From Promethearchaeia archaeon (GTDB lineage: Archaea > Asgardarchaeota > Lokiarchaeia > Sigyniarchaeales > SOKP01), in NCBI GenBank assembly GCA_029856125.1, contig JAHQWJ010000120.1, positions 64,001 through 128,000 on the forward strand: DNA of 64,000 bases, given 5' to 3'. Position 1 is the first letter of the stretch. Every line of letters starts with the position of its first letter. Positions 40,818-49,439 of this stretch are shown here, in pieces. The notes under the pieces were generated by a model, which saw only the letters and a list, made by a program, of their open reading frames with translations, was not told where the DNA came from and ran no database searches. The position numbers were made by a program, and so were the translations under genes.

Positions 40818-41594
40818 ATGCTTGATCAACTTATAAGAAATTGGAAATTAGAACCAAATAAAGCAATACGTATTATTGCCTTTGGATCTAGTAATACTGA
40901 ACTTCATTGGCACTCCCTAGGTCATTTTAATTGGTTTTCCTGGCTAACAGCTTCTTTCCGAGAATGGATTGGAAGACACATAACAACAATTAATCAAGGG
41001 ATTAATGGAGAAACAGTTGAAGATCTATTAAAAAGAATCGATCGTGATGTTATTAATTACAAACCACACATTACCTTTATCACCATAGGTGGTAATGACG
41101 CCAATACAGGAATGGCACTGGATGATTACAGAGCTGCTCTAGAAAAAATTATTGATAAATTATATGAAATCGAGTGTTTACCTATTCTTCAAACATATTA
41201 TTGCCCCATTTACGAGGAAATGTCAGAAACATTTCAAAAGTTTCCAGAATTTATGGAAATAAAAAGAACGATAAGTTCTGAACGGCAGATACCACTGATA
41301 GATCAATATAAGTATTTTTCAGCTTTGTATCAAAACGAAAAAAACACCTATTCTGAATTAATGCTTGATGGCTTACATGTTAATCCCATTGGAAATGCGA
41401 TAATGGGACTGATTGCATGTCGGTCATGTTATCTACCAGATCCCGTTTTTTTAGATATAAAGTCCGAAAATGAAGTTCAATTTTATTTAGATAAAATGAA
41501 TCGATATCTCAAATTACCTCCTATTGTTGATGTTAACCACCATGAAGAAGTGAAGAAAGGCTATAGGGATTATTTTGAAAAACTACAACAATAA
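40818..41594 (+). CDS. SGNH/GDSL hydrolase
   Basis: FGSSNT, NQGING, GGND, DGLH blocks. Confidence 0.85.
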   Translation: MLDQLIRNWKLEPNKAIRIIAFGSSNTELHWHSLGHFNWFSWLTASFREWIGRHITTINQGINGETVEDLLKRIDRDVINYKPHITFITIGGNDANTGMALDDYRAALEKIIDKLYEIECLPILQTYYCPIYEEMSETFQKFPEFMEIKRTISSERQIPLIDQYKYFSALYQNEKNTYSELMLDGLHVNPIGNAIMGLIACRSCYLPDPVFLDIKSENEVQFYLDKMNRYLKLPPIVDVNHHEEVKKGYRDYFEKLQQ

Positions 41595-41628
41595 AAAGTA
41601 AAAAATATTTGTTGATTTTAGTTTTGAG

Positions 41629-42930
41629 CTACCGGCTTCGATTTTTAATAGAAAAATTGCGTTCCCTTTTTAAAATTAATACTTGACAACCGACGGCAAT
41701 TATTATTATTGACATCAATATTGCGAAGGGCATACCAGGTATAGCTCCACCATTTCCAGTTGAAAATTGAAGGATATAGTTTTGTATAAGATCACGATAA
41801 TAATAATCGTAAGCTCCAGAAAGTGACCCAGTAAAAGCTGCTACTAAGTTATATTCTGGAACAATAAAGATAACTTGTCCATATGCTCCAGATGCATGAT
41901 AACCCATGTGTATATCACCTCCAGTGTTAATCGAATCATTAGTATAAAACAAATAACCATAATTAAAATAGTTGGTTGGGGGTGAATAGACCCATCTTCC
42001 AGGAGTTTTAAACGATGTAGCTTCTCTTACCCAATCTGAAGGTATTAGTTGGGTTCCATTCCAATTACCCTCATTTAGGCATAATATTCCTAATTTTGCT
42101 TGTACTTGCGGTGAACATTCAAATCCATATCCTCCAAAGCTAACACCATTATTATCTTCCCACCAATTCCAATCTTCTTCTGTGATTCCCATATGGTCAA
42201 ACAAATGTTCCTGTGCAAAATCAGCTAAGCTTTGACCCGTTACGTTACTGATTATCCCTGATAAGAGATTAGGTCCATCATTACTATACGCAAAACCTCC
42301 AGATTCTCCAGGAGTAAACACCAATGGTAAATCGTCAAGAGGCCATTCAATACAATCAACATTTGCTGTAGAACTACCAGGATAAGCGTAATTAAATGAA
42401 CCAATAAATCCAGCATTCATAGTTAACAATTGCTCTATCGTTATATTCTTCTTTTGCTCACTATCGGTAAAACTAGGACTCCAAATATTAGCAAAGAATT
42501 CATAGAGCGTCTGACTTATATTACTTAAATATTCTTCTTCGATAGCAATCCCAATTAAAAGGGCTGTTAAGCTTTTAGTTACTGAATATTGAGCATGGAG
42601 GGTTGAACCTCCAAAATATGTCTTTGTATCTCGAATTTGTGAATCATATAGATATTTTTCTGTCAAAAGATACCCGTTGCGTACAATGATAACGCTCTGG
42701 ACATTTTGACTTCCTGTTTCTATATAATCAAACATACTGGAAATCGAATTGGAATCTAATCCTTGTTGTTCGGGACTTACCTCAGTCCATTCATATGTTG
42801 GCCAATAAACTTCTCCATTACTGCCTTGCACCAATATAGGTAGAAATGAAAATGAAAAAGCAATTGCTACTAAAGAGATTACGGTATACTTGAATAGAAA
42901 TCTTCTCATAATTGACACACAAAAGTTCAT
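41629..42930 (-). CDS. Secreted beta-lactamase-family serine hydrolase with C-terminal sorting/anchor tail
   Basis: Signal peptide, SVTK (SxxK), YSN, ASGAYGQ; ends IPGMP-TM-KRER. Confidence 0.88.
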   Translation of the reverse strand: MNFCVSIMRRFLFKYTVISLVAIAFSFSFLPILVQGSNGEVYWPTYEWTEVSPEQQGLDSNSISSMFDYIETGSQNVQSVIIVRNGYLLTEKYLYDSQIRDTKTYFGGSTLHAQYSVTKSLTALLIGIAIEEEYLSNISQTLYEFFANIWSPSFTDSEQKKNITIEQLLTMNAGFIGSFNYAYPGSSTANVDCIEWPLDDLPLVFTPGESGGFAYSNDGPNLLSGIISNVTGQSLADFAQEHLFDHMGITEEDWNWWEDNNGVSFGGYGFECSPQVQAKLGILCLNEGNWNGTQLIPSDWVREATSFKTPGRWVYSPPTNYFNYGYLFYTNDSINTGGDIHMGYHASGAYGQVIFIVPEYNLVAAFTGSLSGAYDYYYRDLIQNYILQFSTGNGGAIPGMPFAILMSIIIIAVGCQVLILKRERNFSIKNRSR

Positions 42931-43018
42931 TTTATAGTTTAAGTAAATTTAATTTCTTTTTATTATTAATCTCATAATTCGGAAGATCTAAATATGTAAT
43001 ATAAAAACTTCATAATTA

Positions 43019-44479
43019 TTAAAAAACAAAATCATGAGTATCTCTTAGTACTTCCTCGTTCACACACCAAATAAAATGCCCTTCTTCAACTTCTATCTTA
43101 TGAGGAGCATCCCGTGTGCACAATTCATTATATGACTCAGTGTAACACCTGGGATGAAAACTACAACCCGAAGGTGGCGCAATTGGACTTGGAACCTCAC
43201 CCGAAAGAACAAAAGTAATTTCTTGATCCTCTCCACTAACTTCAGATCGACTTGCTAGTAAGGCTTTTGTATAAGGGTGAGTAGGATTTGAGAATATCTG
43301 ATTTTTATTGCCTATTTCAACTATTTTACCAAGATACATTACGGCGATTCTATCTGCTATATGATGAACGACAGATAAATCATGTGTGATAAAAAGAAAA
43401 CCGTAGTTGTATGTTTTTTGTAAATCTCTTAGAAGATTAAGGATTTGAGCTTGAACAGATACATCAAGGGCGGATGTAGGTTCGTCTAATATAATTAGTT
43501 CTGGATTACAAGCTAGTGCTCTAGCAATGATTATTCTTTGTTTTTGTCCCCCTGAGAATTCGTGAGGATATCTATCCAAATGCTCCTTCTTTAGTGAAAC
43601 TTCCTCCAAAAGTTTTAATACGTGCCTTCTAAGTTTAATCCTATTAGTTATCCCTAGTATGTTCTTAAGTGGTTCTGCAATGATATCTACTACTTTTAAT
43701 TGAGGATTTAATGAAGCGTCCGGGTCTTGGAATACCATTTGAACACTTTTTCTTATTATACGCGAATAATCTTTTGGTAAGAGTTCTTCTTTTAATAATA
43801 ATTTACCTGATGTTTTCTCGATTAATCCTAAAATTGCCAAAGCTACTGTCGTTTTTCCACAACCGCTTTCTCCAACTAATCCAACAGTTTCACCTGCTTT
43901 TATACTAAAGGAAACACCATCTACTGCTTTAACAGCTCCTATTTGTCTTCTTAAAATGCCTTTAAGAAGAGGATAATGAACTTTTAAATCTTCAACATCT
44001 AATAGGGCTTGACCTTTTTCAAGAGCTTTCATTTCTTCTATATCATATTGAGGGATTGTTCTATATGAAAGCTTTTTAAGAATTATTGATGCAACGATGG
44101 AAATAGCCACAGCATATACCAGATGAACAAAAAAATAATAAAAAATACCTATGGGATCTATAAGAAAATTTATTGTAATGTAAATCAATCCCGGAAAAAT
44201 AGCTATTAAAGCAATATAGTTAGTTAACTCATAAACTAATTGGATTTTGCTCCCGTATTTTGTAGCAAATACGGTGAGTCCTATTATAATTAGAATACCT
44301 ATAATATATTGTGAAAAATAAATCCCTACTATTTCAGATAAACTAGAACTAGTTAGAAATAGGAATCCGTTTCCTAAGACGTTTAAACTAAGAATGATAA
44401 AAATTACCATCTCAATTAAAAAGGCAATTATAAAAGTTATTTTAATCCAAGGTTTAATTCTGATGTTTTTAAAAACCAT
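43019..44479 (-). CDS. oppF: OppF/DppF-type ABC ATPase with N-terminal ~4-TM domain
   Basis: [30 protein letters not shown]-terminal GCSFHPRC; first ~140 aa hydrophobic. Confidence 0.9.
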   Translation of the reverse strand: MVFKNIRIKPWIKITFIIAFLIEMVIFIILSLNVLGNGFLFLTSSSLSEIVGIYFSQYIIGILIIIGLTVFATKYGSKIQLVYELTNYIALIAIFPGLIYITINFLIDPIGIFYYFFVHLVYAVAISIVASIILKKLSYRTIPQYDIEEMKALEKGQALLDVEDLKVHYPLLKGILRRQIGAVKAVDGVSFSIKAGETVGLVGESGCGKTTVALAILGLIEKTSGKLLLKEELLPKDYSRIIRKSVQMVFQDPDASLNPQLKVVDIIAEPLKNILGITNRIKLRRHVLKLLEEVSLKKEHLDRYPHEFSGGQKQRIIIARALACNPELIILDEPTSALDVSVQAQILNLLRDLQKTYNYGFLFITHDLSVVHHIADRIAVMYLGKIVEIGNKNQIFSNPTHPYTKALLASRSEVSGEDQEITFVLSGEVPSPIAPPSGCSFHPRCYTESYNELCTRDAPHKIEVEEGHFIWCVNEEVLRDTHDFVF

Positions 44480-44503
44480 ACTTTATCACATTTCTATACT
44501 TCA

Positions 44504-46414
44504 TCATTTTTCTATAAGCTCTTTAAATTCGGGATCATATAGATGACAAGCCACAAAATAATCTGGGTTAACTTCTATATTTTTTGGTATTAATGAATCG
44601 CACACTTCAAATCTATAAGGGCATCGGGGATGGAATCGACAACCTGATGGAGGATATATTAAATTAGGAACCGTTCCACTGATGACTTCTAATTTTTCTT
44701 TCTCTTCTCTAACTTTTGGAATGGATTTCAGGAGAGCTTTAGTATATGGATGATATGGCGAACTGAATAGGGCTTTTCTTGTTCCATATTCCGCAATATA
44801 ACCACTATACATCACCGCGACTTTATCACTCACCTTTGAAATAATTCCTAAATCGTGTGTAATAAACAAAATTGAAGTTTCATATTTCCTCAATAAATCC
44901 TTCATAAGTTTTAGTATTTGGTTCTGAATAGTTACATCCAAAGCAGTTGTAGGTTCGTCTGCTATCAATAAACTCGGATTGCAAGCAAGAGCCATAGCGA
45001 TCTGGACTCTCTGTCTCATACCTCCACTTAATTCGTGAGGATAAAGGTCGTAAATGCTTTCAGCATTAGGAATATTTAAATCTCTTAACATGTTTATGGC
45101 CCAATCACGAGCAATTCCAAATATGCTCTTATTAGGATTTTTTAATGCTTCTAGGGTCAATTCTTCCTCCATATTCAGAAGATAAACTTCAGTTATCTGT
45201 TTTCCTATTTTAAAAACGGGATTTAAGGAAAGTAGAGGATCTTGAAAAATCATCGTTATCTCTTTTCCACGAAATTTTAACATTTCGTCCTCATTTTTTT
45301 TTAGTAAATCCTCTCCCTTGTAAAAAACCTGACCCGCTTCAATTACGCCAGGATCTCTAATGATTTGAAGAATTGATAATGCTGTGACTGTTTTTCCACA
45401 ACCAGTTTCCCCTACTAAACCTAGTACTTCACCTTTCTTTATTTCAAAAGATATTTTCTCTAAAGCTCTTACTACGCCTTCTTCCGTGTAGAAATAAGTT
45501 TTCAGATCTTCGACTTCCAAAACGATATCCTTCAACTTATCTATGCGATCTTCTTCCTTTTTTTTAATCGCCGTTTGAAGTTTATATTTGCTTATTTCCC
45601 CACTTTCAGGTAAATATTTATATTTTGCAAAATAAAAAAATGAAATAAGATAAATTCCAATGCTTATGATTATTTGGACCCGAATATCTAAGAATAAGCT
45701 GCCAAAATCGAAAAGATTACCTAAATATGCTGTAAAAAGAAAGATAAGTAAGGACCATAAAAAGTATGTAATAAAACCACTAACGGTAAATACTTTTTTT
45801 AACACAGATCTAACAATTCTAGTTTCTCTATTTCTCACTCTATTCAGAATATAAGTTAAAATAATGCAAAAAGATACGATTACAAATTGATTAATAAAAC
45901 TAAGATAGAAAATATCGTTAAAATTTTTTGGTGAAAGGAGTAGTGAAATGTAGGCAATATCAAGAGGTTCGATGAATAATGAGATGTTAAGTATGTCTAA
46001 TAGATCAATAGAAAAAAACAAGAAAGACAGAATTAAACATGAAATTACATATATTTTGGTCCATTTCTTAAACCAGTCGCTAATTTTTTGTTCTTTTCTT
46101 GATGCAAACGATATATATAATAGAGCAAATATAAGGACTTCTAAACCCCAAAGAACAGCATCTTTATACAATGCAGCAAAAACGATATGAAAACCTTCTA
46201 ATATTTGAAAGAGAATCTTAATCCCAAATATTATTCCAAAACAAATCAAAGAACTAAATCCTACACTTGTGCTAAAAGTTTTAACTTCAATTCTAGACTC
46301 TCTTGGAGTAAGTCTAAAAATAATATAAAAACTTACAATTAGTAGTACTAGTAGAAATAAACTTTCTAAAAAAGCCATTATCGGATTGAGAAAAACAATT
46401 ATCTGCAATATCAT
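44504..46414 (-). CDS. oppD: OppD/DppD-type ABC ATPase with N-terminal ~7-TM domain
   Basis: GETGCGKT, LSGGMRQR, ADEPTTALD, GCRFHPRC...VACH; first ~270 aa multi-TM. Confidence 0.9.
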   Translation of the reverse strand: MILQIIVFLNPIMAFLESLFLLVLLIVSFYIIFRLTPRESRIEVKTFSTSVGFSSLICFGIIFGIKILFQILEGFHIVFAALYKDAVLWGLEVLIFALLYISFASRKEQKISDWFKKWTKIYVISCLILSFLFFSIDLLDILNISLFIEPLDIAYISLLLSPKNFNDIFYLSFINQFVIVSFCIILTYILNRVRNRETRIVRSVLKKVFTVSGFITYFLWSLLIFLFTAYLGNLFDFGSLFLDIRVQIIISIGIYLISFFYFAKYKYLPESGEISKYKLQTAIKKKEEDRIDKLKDIVLEVEDLKTYFYTEEGVVRALEKISFEIKKGEVLGLVGETGCGKTVTALSILQIIRDPGVIEAGQVFYKGEDLLKKNEDEMLKFRGKEITMIFQDPLLSLNPVFKIGKQITEVYLLNMEEELTLEALKNPNKSIFGIARDWAINMLRDLNIPNAESIYDLYPHELSGGMRQRVQIAMALACNPSLLIADEPTTALDVTIQNQILKLMKDLLRKYETSILFITHDLGIISKVSDKVAVMYSGYIAEYGTRKALFSSPYHPYTKALLKSIPKVREEKEKLEVISGTVPNLIYPPSGCRFHPRCPYRFEVCDSLIPKNIEVNPDYFVACHLYDPEFKELIEK

Positions 46415-46431
46415 TTTTTATCCTTATCTTA

Positions 46432-47412
46432 TTATATTTTTAATCTAGGATCAATAGCATCTCTTAAGCCATCACCAATTAACAATGCTGCAATAGCAAA
46501 AAGCGCCGTGCTTAAACCGGGAATTAAAAAAGCAAAGAAATTATCTTCATAAATATTTCCCCAGTCAATATCTTGTCCCCAGTTTGGAATTTGTGAGGTG
46601 GTTAGGCCGAGAAATGCAATCGCGGCTATTCCCAACATGGTAATTGCCATCTGTCCAAAAAAGGTTAAAATCATAGGCGGCAAGGCGTTTGGAAGAATGT
46701 GTGAAAACATTACTTTGAATTTTAATGCTCCTCCAGTTTTTGCAGCCTTAACGTACAACATTTCTTTTATTTGCAAAACTAAAGATCTCATAAATCTTAA
46801 ATTGCCCGCAATTGCGAAGGCTCCATAGATTATTAAGATATCCATCATGTTCAAACCAAAAGTCTGCGTTAAAATTAAAACTATTACTAAAGTCGGTACT
46901 GAATATATTAGATCTACACCTCGCATAAAAACATAGTCTACTTTACCTCCAAAATATGCTGAGATAACTCCAAGTACTAATCCCCCAGCAACCGCAATTC
47001 CAGTAGGTATTACTGCCATAAATAATGAAGTTCGAGCGCCCCAAAGCATTCTTGCTAGAACATCATAGCCATTATTAGTAGTTCCTAATGGATGCGATAA
47101 ACTTGGAAGCTCATAAGGAACACCCGGAATCGATGGAGGTACTAGAGTTTGAAGAGAATATCTTGTTAACCATGGAGTAAATATGCCCATGAAAATAAAA
47201 CTTAAAATAATAAATGAACCGACTATTGTCAAATGAGTAAGTAAATGACGGAAGAACCTTCTTTTAGATCTTATTTTCTCAATTTCATACTCTTGTTCCG
47301 TGAATTCAGGAACTCTCCAACCAGGAAGTAGATAGAATTTAATTAATGATGTAAACTTTGGTTTATTTTGTTTTGTTGTATTCATAGCAATTTCTTCTTC
47401 TATTTTACTCAA
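46432..47412 (-). CDS. oppC: OppC/DppC-type ABC permease
   Basis: HPLGT...G.DVLAR..WGARTS, YVKAAKTGG, HILPN, GDGLRDAIDP. Confidence 0.92.
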   Translation of the reverse strand: MSKIEEEIAMNTTKQNKPKFTSLIKFYLLPGWRVPEFTEQEYEIEKIRSKRRFFRHLLTHLTIVGSFIILSFIFMGIFTPWLTRYSLQTLVPPSIPGVPYELPSLSHPLGTTNNGYDVLARMLWGARTSLFMAVIPTGIAVAGGLVLGVISAYFGGKVDYVFMRGVDLIYSVPTLVIVLILTQTFGLNMMDILIIYGAFAIAGNLRFMRSLVLQIKEMLYVKAAKTGGALKFKVMFSHILPNALPPMILTFFGQMAITMLGIAAIAFLGLTTSQIPNWGQDIDWGNIYEDNFFAFLIPGLSTALFAIAALLIGDGLRDAIDPRLKI

Positions 47413-47447
47413 AAATATTCACTCATGTTTTATTTTAAAGTTAATTT

Positions 47448-48674
47448 TCATGTATAGATAATCCTAGGATCAATGATAGTGTACAATACATCCGTAATCA
47501 AATTACTACTTAATAGGATTATTGTAGCAACCATTACACATCCATTTATTAATGGAATATTGCCGTTTATTATCGCAGAAAAGAAAATCCCACCAAAACC
47601 AGAATATCCATATATTATTTCAATAAATACTGATCCCAATAGAGAACTAGCAACTCCCCCTATAATAAGATTGCTTGTTGGAATTAATGCATTACGAAGT
47701 GCATGATTATTAATGATCTCTTTTTCACGAACTCCTTTAGCGCGAGCCGTTCTTATGTAATCCTGATCTAGCACTTCTAACATACTGGACCTTGTTAAAC
47801 GTGTAATACCCGCAAGACTTAGAAATGTCATCGAAATCGAAGGAAGCACTAAATGACCAATTGTATCCCAAAAATAGATAGGGTCATTGAATATAATACT
47901 ATCAAGAAGTCTAAACTTTGTCCCATATGTATTTATATAAATAATTATTGGTACAATTCCAATAATGCAAAGCAATGCTCCTGATAAAATTAAATACCAT
48001 CCTACTTGGTTCTTTTTCCTAAGTTTATTTCCGCGATAAATTAGGAGAACTCCTCCAATCATTAAAAAGAAAAACATCACCGCGACAAAGACACTACTTT
48101 GAGTTGGTATTATGTCTGGAAAAGACGGATTCAACGTAACACTATTAGAATTATAAATGTCAATATCAAATTCAAAAAAAGTTGCTTCATATATTATCCT
48201 ACCAAAGAAAAATTGGAGCATTATCGCGATCCAAAAACTAGGAAATCCCGCACCAACAACTGCTACAGATCTAATCAAAATATCTTTCCTCTTCTTCCTA
48301 TTTTTTGCAGATGTAGTCCCTAGTTTAACAGCAATAATAGGTGATATAATAATTGGAATAATCATTAACTCAAGCGTCCTTGGAAGAACTGTTATAATTA
48401 TGTCGTTAATCGACCAACCCTGGAATTGACCACTATAGGATTCCCCCCAATTACCTGTGAAAAAATCTCGAAGGTAATATGCATATTGAACATAAATTGG
48501 TTCATTTAAACCTAATCTTTCCATTTCATCGAAATAAATATTTATATCCCATCCAGTCATCATCGATTGTAAAGGATTAATAGCCATCGCATGCGATAAA
48601 AAAAAAGTGATTGTCAAGACAGCGATTAACATTGGAATCATAACGAGGATGCGTCTTACAATATATTTAAACAT
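47448..48674 (-). CDS. oppB: OppB/DppB-type ABC permease with extra TM hairpin
   Basis: G.WG.S, P.TLEL, RSSMLEVLDQDYIRTARAKG, HALRNA, IDPR; likely true start ATA 48695. Confidence 0.92.
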   Translation of the reverse strand: MFKYIVRRILVMIPMLIAVLTITFFLSHAMAINPLQSMMTGWDINIYFDEMERLGLNEPIYVQYAYYLRDFFTGNWGESYSGQFQGWSINDIIITVLPRTLELMIIPIIISPIIAVKLGTTSAKNRKKRKDILIRSVAVVGAGFPSFWIAIMLQFFFGRIIYEATFFEFDIDIYNSNSVTLNPSFPDIIPTQSSVFVAVMFFFLMIGGVLLIYRGNKLRKKNQVGWYLILSGALLCIIGIVPIIIYINTYGTKFRLLDSIIFNDPIYFWDTIGHLVLPSISMTFLSLAGITRLTRSSMLEVLDQDYIRTARAKGVREKEIINNHALRNALIPTSNLIIGGVASSLLGSVFIEIIYGYSGFGGIFFSAIINGNIPLINGCVMVATIILLSSNLITDVLYTIIDPRIIYT

Positions 48675-48709
48675 GTTAATAGATTTTTTAGCTATTTTAA
48701 TTCACCTCG

Positions 48710-49231
48710 TTAAATTTCACGTCGAGCTTTAACATATCTTTTCAAAAACATACCAGAAAGAGCTCCACTTATATTTATTCCAAATAAAATTAATAAATTG
48801 ATATACCCCTGGAAAGAAGCAAACTGAAGAATGAGTGGTTCAAAAGAAAATCCAAACATAATTAAATAAAAAAGGAAACCTTCAAAAACAATAAAAGGAA
48901 CTAACCATAAAGATGCCCTAATTCCATAATGCGCAATATCTTCTTTATAGGTTAACCAAAAGCAAATCGAATATAATAACAAACAATCAACGAAATACCA
49001 GCCTGAATAAACTGAGCTAATAAATAAAAATTCATAGGTCCAGAAAATTATCGATTTAACAGAGCTGGGTATATCTTCAAAGGAAAACCATTTCTCTCCT
49101 TCATCAAACATAAATATATTAACTATTATTCCAAAGTATGCAAGAAAAACAATGATATATGCAAAAGTAACTCTTCCTTGACGACCCCAATCTATTTTCC
49201 AACTTCCTTTATCCTTACTATTAACTGGCAT
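48710..49231 (-). CDS. Conserved 4-TM membrane protein leading the ABC operon (orfX)
   Basis: Four hydrophobic segments; a homologous C-terminus occurs at the same position in the second cluster (63860..64000). Confidence 0.8.
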   Translation of the reverse strand: MPVNSKDKGSWKIDWGRQGRVTFAYIIVFLAYFGIIVNIFMFDEGEKWFSFEDIPSSVKSIIFWTYEFLFISSVYSGWYFVDCLLLYSICFWLTYKEDIAHYGIRASLWLVPFIVFEGFLFYLIMFGFSFEPLILQFASFQGYINLLILFGINISGALSGMFLKRYVKARREI

Positions 49232-49323
49232 GTCGAGTTATCTATATTAAAAATCTTTCAACTTTAGCGTTATAGATAAAAAATTAATTTTGTATTTAAC
49301 AATTATGACTTATTATGTTCTTT

Positions 49324-49337
49324 TTTACATATGTAAT
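49324..49337. promoter_or_regulatory. Palindromic operator candidate TTTAC-ATAT-GTAAT
   Basis: Centred between the divergent ABC operon and the binding-protein gene, with TATA-like boxes 22-25 nt away on either side. Confidence 0.6.
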
Positions 49338-49439
49338 TTTTTAAATTCTGTTTGATAGATTTAAATAGTTATAGGTGTAAGTACATGAATATATCATAAA
49401 ATCTAATAAAAACTAAATAATAAAAAAAAGGAAAATAAA

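Noticed and set aside
43019-46414. TM-fused ATPases as ABC exporter half-transporters
   Set aside because: The ATPase cores and Cys tails are OppD/OppF type and are encoded with OppB/OppC and a family-5 binding protein; the TM parts lack the long coupling loops of exporters
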